A DNA stretch of 64,000 bases from the NCBI GenBank assembly GCA_024683775.1, contig GCA_024683775.1_4106.1; one strand, given 5' to 3'. Source of the stretch: a phage. The notes beneath the pieces were generated by a model that did no database searches, was not told the DNA's origin, and was given only the letters and a program-made list of their open reading frames with translations. Every line of letters starts with the position of its first letter. Positions within the stretch are counted from its first letter, which is position 1. The translations under genes were made by a program, and so were the position numbers. This document shows, piece by piece, positions 9,982 through 19,893 of the stretch.

Positions 9982-10208
9982 GTTATGGTGTTCGTTTTGA
10001 GATTCGTTCTATTGTTATCAATGACGAGAAACAAGCATCGTTGGATGGCGATATACGAGAACTATATCTATCATGTATCCGTGCGAAATCTGAAGCAGAT
10101 GCCTTAGTACAAATGTATAGTTTTAACTTTTCAAATGGATTCTATTTGGTACGAGTTATTGAAGTGAAAAAAGTACTTATTGGTTGTAGCATAGAAGGAT
10201 TAATGTAA
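9978..10208 (+). CDS. hypothetical small protein
   Basis: 76-aa ORF, ATGA overlap. Confidence 0.4.
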   Translation: MSYGVRFEIRSIVINDEKQASLDGDIRELYLSCIRAKSEADALVQMYSFNFSNGFYLVRVIEVKKVLIGCSIEGLM

Positions 10209-10209
10209 A

Positions 10210-11004
10210 ATGAGCACTATAGATGAATTGATTCGCCGGAATTCAAAATACTACGACCCATCAGAAATTGTCGGCAACATTACTAAATCTGAGTTCGGCC
10301 CAAATACTCGAAAACTCATTCATGTAATGTCACGTGATGGCTTTAAATGTGATTGTTGTGGTGAATCCAATGTGGTATTCACTTTACATAAGCACAGTAC
10401 TAAAGACCGTTATAAATTCAGACCTTATGTACTTAAAGGGAAACGCCTTGTACGCATGACGTTAGACCATAATGTACTGGACTGTCTTCAGGGCGGTAAT
10501 GATAAAGAGAACATGACCGCATTGTGTGAGGATTGTAACGCATTACGCCAGCATAAGTTTGCTGAGTACAGTGAGTTTAAGCACTGGTATCATAACGCTG
10601 ATCGTTCTATCGAGCCTGACGTTAACTACTGCTTCATTGAGTATATTAAGAATGCTAAAGATACGTACATTCTTAAATCAATGTCACCTATTACAGTGTT
10701 CCCTGAGAATCTATTCAGTACTATGCAGCGTGATTTTAAACGTGGTATCATTAATGCATTCAAACATTTAGACAAAGGTATCAAGCACTTTGAGGTGCAA
10801 TGCTTAAATGAAGGAATGAATCGTTTAGTACAAATTTACATGAAATCATTTATAGGTGTTGACACCGCACGTCTACCAGTATATAATTACTTTATTGAAA
10901 GCGAAGAAGGTGAATCACTTCGTGATTATGGTGAAAGATTTAATAATAAAGTTTTCACTGCAATCGCAAACGAGATTCATTACTATAAACCATATGTAAT
11001 TTAA
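10210..11004 (+). CDS. HNH endonuclease-like protein (putative homing endonuclease)
   Basis: Cys-pair plus His/Asn motif (CDCCG ... LDHNVLDC ... CEDCN) typical of HNH-type nucleases. Confidence 0.45.
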   Translation: MSTIDELIRRNSKYYDPSEIVGNITKSEFGPNTRKLIHVMSRDGFKCDCCGESNVVFTLHKHSTKDRYKFRPYVLKGKRLVRMTLDHNVLDCLQGGNDKENMTALCEDCNALRQHKFAEYSEFKHWYHNADRSIEPDVNYCFIEYIKNAKDTYILKSMSPITVFPENLFSTMQRDFKRGIINAFKHLDKGIKHFEVQCLNEGMNRLVQIYMKSFIGVDTARLPVYNYFIESEEGESLRDYGERFNNKVFTAIANEIHYYKPYVI

Positions 11005-11018
11005 TTAGAGGATATATC

Positions 11019-11201
11019 ATGCAAATCATCATTCTTATCGTAGGTATCATTCTTGGTGTATATGGTCACTCCTGGATGAACGAGAAGTTCCCTAATACCC
11101 GTCCTGAGTATTGCAGTACTAATGTATTCCAGAATGGTGAGAAACCAAAGGATAGTATTGGTAAGAAACTGGACAAAGTACTTGACGTAATCAACGAATA
11201 A
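11019..11201 (+). CDS. hypothetical small protein with N-terminal TM segment
   Basis: 60-aa ORF. Confidence 0.4.
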   Translation: MQIIILIVGIILGVYGHSWMNEKFPNTRPEYCSTNVFQNGEKPKDSIGKKLDKVLDVINE

Positions 11202-11210
11202 GGGTAAAGT

Positions 11211-11411
11211 ATGTTTAAATCAAATACAAATGTTGGTAAGAAGGTTCAATTACTTGAGGATGTATCCACCTTGAGTGGAATTTTCCCAAGAGGTCACATC
11301 ATGACTATTATTGCCGAAACATCCCGTGGGTGGGATTTGGAAGATGCTGATGGTAATCGCATCCTTGAGGCTGGATTCTATGGTCATCGTGAATATAAAA
11401 TCATTGATTAA
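11211..11411 (+). CDS. hypothetical small protein
   Basis: 66-aa ORF. Confidence 0.4.
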   Translation: MFKSNTNVGKKVQLLEDVSTLSGIFPRGHIMTIIAETSRGWDLEDADGNRILEAGFYGHREYKIID

Positions 11412-11420
11412 GGATGCAAC

Positions 11421-11504
11421 ATGACTTTAGAGATTGTCTTTGGTATTGTTAGCTTAGTCGTCTGTGTGGGTTGGTTTGGGTATCTGATGATTTTTGGTGA
11501 TTAA
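11421..11504 (+). CDS. 27-aa hydrophobic micro-peptide (below ORF-track cutoff)
   Basis: ATG with AAGGA RBS; translated by hand as MTLEIVFGIVSLVVCVGWFGYLMIFGD. Confidence 0.3.
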   Translation: MTLEIVFGIVSLVVCVGWFGYLMIFGD

Positions 11505-11507
11505 TAC

Positions 11508-11535
11508 TTGACATAAGATATCAGTACTGTATAAT
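11508..11535 (+). promoter_or_regulatory. sigma70-like promoter TTGACA-N16-TATAAT with CAGTACTG spacer
   Basis: consensus hexamers read directly; followed by ~90-nt leader before the 11629 gene. Confidence 0.6.
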
Positions 11536-11628
11536 GTTTATATCAAAGGGAATGCAGTGAAAGGAAAGACAGCATAATCGTACTCGTCACTGCGTTTCCA
11601 CCCTTTTAAATTAAATGAGGAATTAACT

Positions 11629-11937
11629 ATGTTTCAAACTAACACTCAAGGTTTTGTAATCATCGATTTGAACCAAAACAGCGGTTATTGGATGAAACCT
11701 ACTGACGCATGTATGCAGTTTGATTTTTTAGGTTACAGGATTAGTGTAAGTACTGGTGCTTCTGTACTGCGTGGTGGTTGTATCGTTGAACATCTGGTAA
11801 CAGATCCTGAAGGCCGTGAGTATGAAATCGCAGGTTCAGTACAAGATGCCATTATGTTTGTATGTCAGCGTGAAATGAATAGTTCGAATTCAAATGCACT
11901 GACTCATGCTCTTTCTCAAGAAGTGGAGGTTCGTTAA
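11629..11937 (+). CDS. hypothetical protein
   Basis: 102-aa ORF. Confidence 0.5.
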   Translation: MFQTNTQGFVIIDLNQNSGYWMKPTDACMQFDFLGYRISVSTGASVLRGGCIVEHLVTDPEGREYEIAGSVQDAIMFVCQREMNSSNSNALTHALSQEVEVR

Positions 11938-12188
11938 TGAAATATATCGTAGCAGTACTCGTTGCATTTTTACTCACTGCATGTGACGCTTCAACCAAAG
12001 AACGCACAAGTGATTTTATTCTCCCTATTGAATTACAAGAAGCAGGATGTAAGATTTATCGTATGCAAAAGGACGGTGCTGGCGTAACCTTGTATACAGT
12101 TTATTGCCCTAATGCAAATACCAGTACTGGATACAGCAGCGGTAAAACACGAATCAATACTTCAGTGATTAATGGAGTACAACAATGA
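11937..12188 (+). CDS. putative lipoprotein
   Basis: signal peptide with lipobox-like LTAC. Confidence 0.5.
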   Translation: MKYIVAVLVAFLLTACDASTKERTSDFILPIELQEAGCKIYRMQKDGAGVTLYTVYCPNANTSTGYSSGKTRINTSVINGVQQ

Positions 12189-12553
12189 GCCTTGATACAA
12201 CCCGTGCAACAGATTTATTAACTCGTCTGAATGATGAAGAATATCTTGCTGAAATAAAGTACAAGCTTGAAAAACTGGCACGAAGTGCTGAAGTAATTGA
12301 AGTTAAAGGTCATTTACCAATGGATCAATTCCATACGTTCAAAGAAGATATGGTTTATTATCCAAATGAAATTTGGATTGAGTGGGAACATTGGACTAAC
12401 AAAACTCTACGCATTGAAGGTTATTGTGTAAATTATGAATCTGAACCTGGTGATGTTACAAAAACTCTCTCCATTTGGTGTACAAAAACACATGAACTAG
12501 TTGAGGTGAATTTGAATTATATGAAAGGTTTCCGTTGGGGTGATGTTAAATGA
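12185..12553 (+). CDS. hypothetical protein
   Basis: 122-aa ORF, ATGA overlap. Confidence 0.45.
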   Translation: MSLDTTRATDLLTRLNDEEYLAEIKYKLEKLARSAEVIEVKGHLPMDQFHTFKEDMVYYPNEIWIEWEHWTNKTLRIEGYCVNYESEPGDVTKTLSIWCTKTHELVEVNLNYMKGFRWGDVK

Positions 12554-12825
12554 TTAAAAAACTATTGACAGTTGTCTTTGTATTCTGTACAATGTTTCTT
12601 ACAGCATGTAATGATGACGGCAGGTTTAGTGCAAAAGACTTAGTTCGTCAGGATTGTACATTCACAGGTAAGTCTTTTATTAACGAGTATGAGGTATGTA
12701 CACAATCAGGCCGTATCTGTGGTGGTTGGGAAAAACGTCAGGAGAGATTGTATGTATATGAATGCCCTGGACATCTCAACAAAGTACTAAGCACACACAA
12801 ACTTGTTTATGATAAGGTTGAATAA
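12550..12825 (+). CDS. putative lipoprotein
   Basis: signal peptide with lipobox-like LTAC. Confidence 0.5.
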   Translation: MIKKLLTVVFVFCTMFLTACNDDGRFSAKDLVRQDCTFTGKSFINEYEVCTQSGRICGGWEKRQERLYVYECPGHLNKVLSTHKLVYDKVE

Positions 12826-13040
12826 TGACTACCAATGAAATGATGCAGGTTATTTGGGATAAAGGTTGTGATATTAAAATCACTAGTACTGATGTTCGTG
12901 TATTCAAAACTGAATATATGGAGTACTTGGACCTTGATACTTATAATAATATTGTATCAATTGAACACAAAGGTGCAGTACTGGAAACAATTGACGTAGT
13001 ACTGAAGAAAGCTACCGACCTATTAGGAGCGGCAGTGTGA
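12825..13040 (+). CDS. hypothetical small protein
   Basis: 71-aa ORF. Confidence 0.45.
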   Translation: MTTNEMMQVIWDKGCDIKITSTDVRVFKTEYMEYLDLDTYNNIVSIEHKGAVLETIDVVLKKATDLLGAAV

Positions 13041-13183
13041 ATAACAAAGAGTGGGAAGAGTACCGTAAGAAGTGCAGGGAGTTTGATAAAGAACTAACTG
13101 GTACAGTGAATGCAGTAATGTGGGTATCTGTAATTATTGCAGTTCTTGCGTTGGGTGCTATTATTATTAATAAATTATTCTAA
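13037..13183 (+). CDS. 48-aa small membrane peptide (GTG start, below ORF-track cutoff)
   Basis: hand translation gives a C-terminal hydrophobic helix VMWVSVIIAVLALGAIII. Confidence 0.25.
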   Translation: MNNKEWEEYRKKCREFDKELTGTVNAVMWVSVIIAVLALGAIIINKLF

Positions 13184-13193
13184 GGCGAATATC

Positions 13194-13394
13194 ATGTTTA
13201 CTTTATATCTCGCAGTAGTTCTCACCAATGGTGAAATCACTCGTACTATTGGTGAAGGTGTATATAAAACACCAGACCAGTGCTACTCTGCTACTCATTG
13301 GCCTCGCGATAGTGGGGATGAAACTCGCACTGAATTCAAATGCATGAAAGTAAAAGGTGATTTTGTTAACCTTAAGGTTATCGAGGCGAAATAA
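13194..13394 (+). CDS. hypothetical small protein with N-terminal hydrophobic segment
   Basis: ATG at 13194 preferred over upstream TTG start of the track ORF. Confidence 0.45.
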   Translation: MFTLYLAVVLTNGEITRTIGEGVYKTPDQCYSATHWPRDSGDETRTEFKCMKVKGDFVNLKVIEAK

Positions 13395-13909
13395 TGGATA
13401 TTAATGAGTTGTTGATCTTATTGTTTAATCGTGGAAATGATGTAAGACGTTCTGAATATCAAGACAAAATTCACATTGAAACTGATAAATGTTATGGTAA
13501 AACAACTCATGAGATTTTGAAGCCAAATGGCAAACGATATGCCGATGTATGTTTTCATGAACGAAGTGATGGTAGTGAAATAATCAGTACTGAAATTGTG
13601 TTTTATGATAGATCCTCGGCAGGTTCGTATGAAATAGAACTTATATATTGCCCTGGTTCAGAAACACACAATAAACGTCAGATATTATATGATGTTTATT
13701 CACCTCCAGGTGTAGCTGAATATTTTGTTATTGATTACAGTACTGAAGAAAGTGTGTTTCAACAGAGCTTGATTCATAACTTCCAGTTGAATGATCCAAA
13801 TGTACCAAAGTTGTTCAAACTACTCGATACTATCGATGTTGATTTTGAATTTGTTATGTGCATTAGAACTTCCTTGATCGATGAATTTATGGAACTACTT
13901 AATATATGA
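13394..13909 (+). CDS. hypothetical protein
   Basis: 171-aa ORF. Confidence 0.5.
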   Translation: MDINELLILLFNRGNDVRRSEYQDKIHIETDKCYGKTTHEILKPNGKRYADVCFHERSDGSEIISTEIVFYDRSSAGSYEIELIYCPGSETHNKRQILYDVYSPPGVAEYFVIDYSTEESVFQQSLIHNFQLNDPNVPKLFKLLDTIDVDFEFVMCIRTSLIDEFMELLNI

Positions 13910-14127
13910 ATCGTTACTACATTGTGTATGAGCATGTATCTGAGTTTAATAATGTACGTGGTTATAAGAAAGAAGTACAGAAGATTGATGTATTTGTTCG
14001 TGCATTAAGTCCAACACATGCACTATTTAAATTGTTTGATGAAGTAACTAAGTACAACACATCAAAAACACAACGCTATATTGAAACAGTACATAGTGTA
14101 ATACTCACTGAATATGATGGAGAATGA
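13906..14127 (+). CDS. hypothetical small protein
   Basis: 73-aa ORF. Confidence 0.45.
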   Translation: MNRYYIVYEHVSEFNNVRGYKKEVQKIDVFVRALSPTHALFKLFDEVTKYNTSKTQRYIETVHSVILTEYDGE

Positions 14128-14130
14128 CAA

Positions 14131-14349
14131 ATGAATTTATATCTAGTTGAAGGGTCAGTACAAGTATCCAAGCAAGACGGAGAAGGGTATCGTTTTTCAC
14201 ATGTAGAATATTTTAAGTACGTAGTAAAGGCCGATGGTCAGTACGACGCAGAAATTCAGGTTGAAGAATCATTCCGTAAGAAGAATGATATTGGTAAATT
14301 TGAATACCAAGACTTACAATTCACTGTATGGCCTAGTATTAATGACTAA
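14131..14349 (+). CDS. hypothetical small protein
   Basis: 72-aa ORF. Confidence 0.45.
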   Translation: MNLYLVEGSVQVSKQDGEGYRFSHVEYFKYVVKADGQYDAEIQVEESFRKKNDIGKFEYQDLQFTVWPSIND

Positions 14350-14557
14350 GATGTGGTGGTGTCATGGTGTCTACAATGTCTATGAATATGGTAGATTCAA
14401 AATGAGCAGTACCTATGCCAGACGTGTTAATGCGAAAACCCAAGTTGATGCTGCTTGTGAGATTGTAGAGTGGTATGCAGAGTTCAATGCAATTGAATAT
14501 ATGTACGAAATAGTTACAATAAATGTTGTACAAATTGACACGTCTTTGATACAATAA
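14342..14557 (+). CDS. hypothetical small protein
   Basis: internal ATG of track ORF 14234..14557 chosen to minimise overlap. Confidence 0.35.
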   Translation: MTKMWWCHGVYNVYEYGRFKMSSTYARRVNAKTQVDAACEIVEWYAEFNAIEYMYEIVTINVVQIDTSLIQ

Positions 14558-14590
14558 CTACATCAAAAAACAACTGCAACTGAGGATACT

Positions 14591-15253
14591 ATGTTAGTTA
14601 ATCTTAATTTCATCACTTCTCCTGATTGGGCATTGCGTGGTGTTTCTTTGAACTTTAAAGAAACTAATTTCGACTACATTGGTGATTGTACTTTAGTTAA
14701 TGCTAAATTTGATCCTCATCATCCTTTTTGGGCTGAAATTCATGATCCTAATGTAAACAATAGTACATCTGTTATGACTATTGTACAGACGAAACATACA
14801 GGTATCCTCGCAGGTTACAGACCAGGACATGCGATTGAACACTTCACTGATTATGATGTAGTAGATGAGTATCCAATGATCCATGAAGATGGAAGTTTAT
14901 ACACGTCAGAAGACTTCCGTGCTATCTTTAATAGTACTGATGACATTCTACCAAGTGGTCGTCCACGTCCTGAGTCTTATCTTATGCACTCGTCTTATGG
15001 TGTAGCAGATACGCTTGAACAGATTTTGACGAAGTACAAGAACCTTATTGAAGGTCCAGAAGAAATTGTCATGTGCTATCATCCAGTACTGAAGTCTGAC
15101 CAACCAGAGAGTGGTGGGTGGCGTTGGCATAAGAATGGTGAGTACATCGGTACTAAGCGTAGTAAAGAACGCTTTGAGTACTTGTATGATGAGCCAGATG
15201 TTGAGGTTGTTTTATGTTATAATTTTCTTAAGGTGAAAAAGAAATGTATCTAG
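14591..15253 (+). CDS. hypothetical protein
   Basis: 220-aa ORF. Confidence 0.55.
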   Translation: MLVNLNFITSPDWALRGVSLNFKETNFDYIGDCTLVNAKFDPHHPFWAEIHDPNVNNSTSVMTIVQTKHTGILAGYRPGHAIEHFTDYDVVDEYPMIHEDGSLYTSEDFRAIFNSTDDILPSGRPRPESYLMHSSYGVADTLEQILTKYKNLIEGPEEIVMCYHPVLKSDQPESGGWRWHKNGEYIGTKRSKERFEYLYDEPDVEVVLCYNFLKVKKKCI

Positions 15254-15486
15254 TATTGAGTTTTGTAGTTGCATTATTGTTTATGTTCTACCCTACACTA
15301 GTAGCAGTAGCCACTAAACGAAAGCTGGTGGATATCACTACTGTATTCTTGCTAAACGTGGCACTCGTTCTAGTGTCTATTATCATTCCCGTGAGCTTTA
15401 CGGTTATTGATATGGCATCTGTATTACTATTCGTCTTCAGTTATCTTATGCTTATTGAAGAAAAACCTGTTGACAAACGTTTGTAG
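15244..15486 (+). CDS. hypothetical small membrane protein
   Basis: two hydrophobic segments. Confidence 0.45.
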   Translation: MYLVLSFVVALLFMFYPTLVAVATKRKLVDITTVFLLNVALVLVSIIIPVSFTVIDMASVLLFVFSYLMLIEEKPVDKRL

Positions 15487-15497
15487 TACTGTATAAT
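15470..15497 (+). promoter_or_regulatory. sigma70-like promoter TTGACA-N16-TATAAT with CAGTACTG spacer
   Basis: hexamers read directly; lies inside the 3' end of the upstream ORF. Confidence 0.55.
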
Positions 15498-15544
15498 GGT
15501 TCTTGTAGTCTGAAACTTAACACTTAAACTTGAGGATATAAAAC

Positions 15545-15871
15545 ATGTTATCAGTTCTAATTTCAATTCCTGCTCTAATTCTGTTATGGGTTATGGTTTT
15601 CGAATTCTTCATTAAAGACGAAACCGAGCGTGATGAGTTTCGTGAGTTGTTTATGCTAGACTCACCTATTGCACGAATCTTCTTTGTTGTAGTACTTATT
15701 TCAGTACTGTCATGGTTAGTAAGTTTTGTATTACCAATTGGACCATTTGTTTCAATTATGAATTTAGTTGAGAACATTGTCGGTATTGTGTGGTTTATTA
15801 ATGCATTGTTTGCTGGTAAAGTTTCCATTTGGTTTGATATCTTGAAAGATAAACTAACTAGTAAGAAGTAA
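15545..15871 (+). CDS. hypothetical small membrane protein
   Basis: 108-aa ORF with hydrophobic segments. Confidence 0.5.
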   Translation: MLSVLISIPALILLWVMVFEFFIKDETERDEFRELFMLDSPIARIFFVVVLISVLSWLVSFVLPIGPFVSIMNLVENIVGIVWFINALFAGKVSIWFDILKDKLTSKK

Positions 15872-15949
15872 CGTTCAAAAAGTCTCTAATAGTATTAAAT
15901 ACTTCTGTACAAATAATATGTGCAGAAGTATTGCTCGTTAGAGGTTATA

Positions 15950-16315
15950 ATGAAAAAATATATAAGAATGATAATGGTGTTTGTAGTATTCATGCTTTAT
16001 TCAAGGTTCAGTACAGCCGTACCTGCTTACCTTGATTGTATGGGAAACGATGGAACATGGCATGTACTTTCTAATGACCCACAAAATGGAAACAATATTG
16101 TCGTAGATAATGAGGTTTACCGTTTCAGGGCCGAGAGTTTGATTGGGAATAAAAAGGTATCGACATATAAATCAGATGCTGGTATAATAGCAAATGTAAT
16201 ATTGATAGTGGACCCCAAGACAAAGGATGGGGATATTTACATAGTCATTTATCAAGATTCGTCGAACAAACGCGATCAGGATATTGATAAATTGAATATT
16301 CATTGTGAACTTTAA
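15950..16315 (+). CDS. hypothetical secreted protein
   Basis: ATG at 15950 with GAGG RBS; signal-peptide-like N-terminus. Confidence 0.5.
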   Translation: MKKYIRMIMVFVVFMLYSRFSTAVPAYLDCMGNDGTWHVLSNDPQNGNNIVVDNEVYRFRAESLIGNKKVSTYKSDAGIIANVILIVDPKTKDGDIYIVIYQDSSNKRDQDIDKLNIHCEL

Positions 16316-16325
16316 GGTATAACAA

Positions 16326-16709
16326 ATGATCAACGATGTAATGCTTTATGTATTAATTACTCCGATTCTTATTAACTCAGTAATAACTATTTCAATGGCA
16401 TTATTTGGTATAGTAGCAATTGTTTATGCGGTTAGTACTGGAAAGTATACTTTAATTAGTAAGGTTGATTCATGGTTCGCATCTGATAGTGTACCATATT
16501 CAGCTAGTATGATTACGATTGGTATTCTAATCGTTGCATTTACACTGCACTGTATTGGTTTTATTAATACAAGTATTTTTTCAGTTTTTATTGGTCTATC
16601 ATTATATCCATCACTTTGGTACTTGATTTATGTAATCGATGTTTGGTATAATAACTACAAGCAGTACAAAGTGAAGAAATCCATTTTATCCAAAGGAAAC
16701 AAATCATGA
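16326..16709 (+). CDS. hypothetical membrane protein
   Basis: 127-aa ORF with several hydrophobic segments. Confidence 0.5.
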   Translation: MINDVMLYVLITPILINSVITISMALFGIVAIVYAVSTGKYTLISKVDSWFASDSVPYSASMITIGILIVAFTLHCIGFINTSIFSVFIGLSLYPSLWYLIYVIDVWYNNYKQYKVKKSILSKGNKS

Positions 16710-17056
16710 AAGTAATTTTGTTTTTTGTTTGTATGATTATATGTGGTATGTCTTATGCAGAACCATTACCTGGACTAGTCTGTACTGAAGGTGATATTAA
16801 ACACATTTACCAAGGTGATAGCGATGACCATACTATCGTTTATATCGATGGTGAAGTGTATAATTTTGTTAAAGAACATACTGTAGGTGACATTAGTTTT
16901 ACGCAGTACTCGAATGATACTGATCCCAATATGCTTGCATTTCTTCAAGTTGATGTATATGAAGAAAGTAATGGCGAACAGTATGTTAAACTTGTGATGA
17001 TGCGTAAGGCAGCAAAACAGGCAACATTCGGTGGCTTGTGTAAATATGAGGACTAA
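16706..17056 (+). CDS. hypothetical secreted protein
   Basis: signal-peptide-like N-terminus MKVILFFVCMIICGMSYA. Confidence 0.5.
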   Translation: MKVILFFVCMIICGMSYAEPLPGLVCTEGDIKHIYQGDSDDHTIVYIDGEVYNFVKEHTVGDISFTQYSNDTDPNMLAFLQVDVYEESNGEQYVKLVMMRKAAKQATFGGLCKYED

Positions 17057-17060
17057 ACAT

Positions 17061-17252
17061 ATGTTGATTTATCAATGTGATAACATTCGTGTTATGCAGC
17101 ATCCCTACTTACAAATCTTTGATGTGCAGCAGTATATGGAAGGTGATGATCCAAGAACCTATGGTCGTAAGTATGATTACTTCACTGTAAAGCAGTGTCG
17201 TGACATCAAAGAAGTACGACAATTAGTTCAAGAACTTCAAAATAAAGGTTGA
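17061..17252 (+). CDS. hypothetical small protein
   Basis: ATG at 17061 with GAGGA RBS. Confidence 0.4.
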   Translation: MLIYQCDNIRVMQHPYLQIFDVQQYMEGDDPRTYGRKYDYFTVKQCRDIKEVRQLVQELQNKG

Positions 17253-17278
17253 CTTCGGTCAACCTTTTTTGTTATAAT
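17247..17278 (+). terminator. dual terminator-promoter element (hairpin GGTTGAC-TTCG-GTCAACC, T6, TATAAT)
   Basis: -35-like TTGACT lies inside the terminator stem; TATAAT 18 nt downstream. Confidence 0.7.
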
Positions 17279-17307
17279 TATTTCATCAACTACTGGGGAT
17301 TTTAATT

Positions 17308-17748
17308 ATGTACGTATATCGTTTTGAACTTAAATTCAGTTATATTGAACCTAACTTAGATCCAGCAAAAACAGTAGGGCCGTTCGCACGGTACTCTTCA
17401 CGATACAGTACTAAAAATGGATTTGACCGTTTGTGCATGACCACGCCTTCGCAATTCCAACCAGAACCAACTGAAGATGGAATCTATTCAATCAAACGTG
17501 GCTGGGCATTTGGCTGTCAGAGTTTGAATGATTTGTTTAAGTTCTTTACTATGGACTTGGGTAAATTACATCGTGCAGGGTTTGCTGTATCAGTATATGA
17601 AGTTCCTGATAATCATGTTGACATTGGTCGTAGTCAGGTTCAGTACTATTGTGGTAGTGCCAATCTGGTTCGTATCATGTCAGTGAGAGAAGCAAAGGAT
17701 GAGTACCGCCAAAGTAAAAGAGTAATACATGAGGCTGTATATGGATAA
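17308..17748 (+). CDS. hypothetical protein
   Basis: 146-aa ORF. Confidence 0.5.
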   Translation: MYVYRFELKFSYIEPNLDPAKTVGPFARYSSRYSTKNGFDRLCMTTPSQFQPEPTEDGIYSIKRGWAFGCQSLNDLFKFFTMDLGKLHRAGFAVSVYEVPDNHVDIGRSQVQYYCGSANLVRIMSVREAKDEYRQSKRVIHEAVYG

Positions 17749-18085
17749 GACTCAAATAGAATTAAAAAAATTTGTATCGTTTTATCTACCCAATGACCCA
17801 CGTTGTACACAATATGATGTTGCATATTACAATGCATTGACTACGCAGTTAATGAAGAAATTCAAACAATGTTTGACTGTATTCAATGATGATGGTAGAC
17901 GTAGATATAGAATCATTCCAATGAATGATGAAAACGATAACTACTTTGACTTTGATGTTGTTTTTAGAGCATACAGTGATGATAGAATAAAATTAAATTA
18001 TGAGCAAATAATGCTTGACCTGAGTGTTATCTGTGTTATAATTACTCACATAGCCGAACTTGATGGTTTAAAAGAATGGTATTAA
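17729..18085 (+). CDS. hypothetical protein
   Basis: 118-aa ORF; alternative start 17741. Confidence 0.45.
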   Translation: MRLYMDKTQIELKKFVSFYLPNDPRCTQYDVAYYNALTTQLMKKFKQCLTVFNDDGRRRYRIIPMNDENDNYFDFDVVFRAYSDDRIKLNYEQIMLDLSVICVIITHIAELDGLKEWY

Positions 18086-18099
18086 CTTAGAGGATAATC

Positions 18100-18366
18100 A
18101 TGAAGCTTAAATTACAATACAATGGTTTTACTTTGCGTAACGACACTGAGTTTGTCAATCGTTCACCAGGTGCCGAGTTGTTTTTGCGAGAGATGAACAT
18201 TCCTTTCGTCATCACTACTGTTGGTGACCGTGAAGTGCTACAATACGCAGAGCATCCAGTTATTGATGTTCCGTGGTATTCTGAGCATATGTATATGGAT
18301 ATGGCCCGTCGCTACGACTGTAAGTTCGTAGTTGAAGGTGATAAAATTACAGTCCAATTCAAATAA
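18100..18366 (+). CDS. hypothetical small protein
   Basis: 88-aa ORF. Confidence 0.45.
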   Translation: MKLKLQYNGFTLRNDTEFVNRSPGAELFLREMNIPFVITTVGDREVLQYAEHPVIDVPWYSEHMYMDMARRYDCKFVVEGDKITVQFK

Positions 18367-18377
18367 GGTAACTTAAA

Positions 18378-18671
18378 ATGATCAGTACTTCAGTAAATGC
18401 AAGCATCGTGGCAGACGTAGAAATGGTTAAAGAATGTACAGACGAAACCCTTCGCAACATGTACATCAATGATTTGATTTCAGAGTACGGAAGTCGTGGT
18501 GTTCATGAGTTTGTTCGCCTAAGCGGTGAATTGATGAAGAATCGCATTCGTATGAAGCTTAATGTGCATCCAAAAGCATGGGCGTTTACAATGAAGTACG
18601 CTGAAGATATTGTTGAATTGCGTCGCAATGATGTGTATAATCGTTTACACAATGGTACATTAAAGGACTAA
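18378..18671 (+). CDS. hypothetical small protein
   Basis: 97-aa ORF. Confidence 0.45.
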   Translation: MISTSVNASIVADVEMVKECTDETLRNMYINDLISEYGSRGVHEFVRLSGELMKNRIRMKLNVHPKAWAFTMKYAEDIVELRRNDVYNRLHNGTLKD

Positions 18672-18721
18672 ATTATAGGAATCCGTAAAAGGATTCCTGT
18701 TCTTGTTTATAAGGTAATAAA

Positions 18722-18946
18722 ATGAAATATCTAGTACTAGTACTGCTATTCTTGAGTACTGTTGTATGTGCTAAACCAAAGTATCATGTAGTGTGTATCA
18801 ACGAGATGGAAGGGTATACTGAAACATATAAGAACCATATTGTTGAAGTTGCAGCCCAAGGTTCCTATGGGACCATCATCTTCCTTAAGAACAATGTGAT
18901 TGTTCAGTACAAAAAAGATTCAAATTGTAAAGTGACTAAAAATTGA
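18722..18946 (+). CDS. hypothetical small secreted protein
   Basis: signal-peptide-like N-terminus MKYLVLVLLFLSTVVCA. Confidence 0.45.
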   Translation: MKYLVLVLLFLSTVVCAKPKYHVVCINEMEGYTETYKNHIVEVAAQGSYGTIIFLKNNVIVQYKKDSNCKVTKN

Positions 18947-19016
18947 TCTAGATCAATTTTTCAGATATTCTCTGTAAATAATAGCAGTACAGAACATTAT
19001 TTTACGGAGGTGTAAT

Positions 19017-19253
19017 ATGGAAACTATAATCATCATATGTGCGTTGTTTGCATTTTTGGTAATGTGGTCACCAACATTCATTGCATATAAAATGAAAAAT
19101 AAAAATGCAGAAGCAATTATGTACGTAAACTTATGTTGCATACTAACTTATGGAATACTTTTATTCTTTACTGAATTTACATTAATCCCAGTAGTAGTTT
19201 GTTCATCAATGTTTATTTGGTTGTTTCTGCTTTATGAATCTATTAAAAAATAA
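19017..19253 (+). CDS. hypothetical small membrane protein
   Basis: 78-aa ORF with two hydrophobic segments. Confidence 0.45.
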   Translation: METIIIICALFAFLVMWSPTFIAYKMKNKNAEAIMYVNLCCILTYGILLFFTEFTLIPVVVCSSMFIWLFLLYESIKK

Positions 19254-19307
19254 AAGATATAGGGTTGGTAATATGCCATCCCTTTTACTTTATGTGGGGT
19301 TTAATTA

Positions 19308-19880
19308 ATGAATAGAAAAGGTAAGTTTAAAGTATCAAAGAAGAACAAAAGTTCTAGATTTAGACCTATAACTTTAACTTTTAAGGCTAAAGAAGAATTA
19401 ACTGCACTTAGTAAAAAGATAATTTCATCTAAGATTAAAGTATCATACGTAAATTCGGTAAAATTTCAGAAGGTTAAACCACAAGACAAACTCATTTCAC
19501 TTATATTTAAACGTAATGATTTTGAGATATTAGTAGATGATTATAGAGCCTATAATGCTGGATTCATTCATGTCACTTGTAATACCGAACTAACTGAGTT
19601 GGAACATTTGACATGTATCATAAGTGTAGATAACGGTGTGGTGAAGTACAATTTTTTACATTTTACCAATATCAATAATGGAATGGGTGTACAATCCAGA
19701 CCTATAGTACCTACATGTGATGTAACTAATTTAGCAAAGCTCAATGAAGAAGAATATTTTCAAGAAAGCATTGTAACTGAGCATTTAGATGCTATAATAG
19801 CAACTTACAAAGAATGCATATGGGTTTTGAATGCGATAAAGCCCAAATTGTGTTTAATGAATGTCGTTCGTGATTTATAA
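19308..19880 (+). CDS. hypothetical protein
   Basis: 190-aa ORF. Confidence 0.5.
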   Translation: MNRKGKFKVSKKNKSSRFRPITLTFKAKEELTALSKKIISSKIKVSYVNSVKFQKVKPQDKLISLIFKRNDFEILVDDYRAYNAGFIHVTCNTELTELEHLTCIISVDNGVVKYNFLHFTNINNGMGVQSRPIVPTCDVTNLAKLNEEEYFQESIVTEHLDAIIATYKECIWVLNAIKPKLCLMNVVRDL

Positions 19881-19893
19881 CTGGAGATGAAGT

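Noticed and set aside
15900-15933. Inverted repeat TACTTCTGTAC...GTGCAGAAGTA upstream of the 15950 gene as a terminator
   Set aside because: No T-run follows and it overlaps the GTG-initiated upstream extension of the ORF; at most a weak regulatory hairpin.
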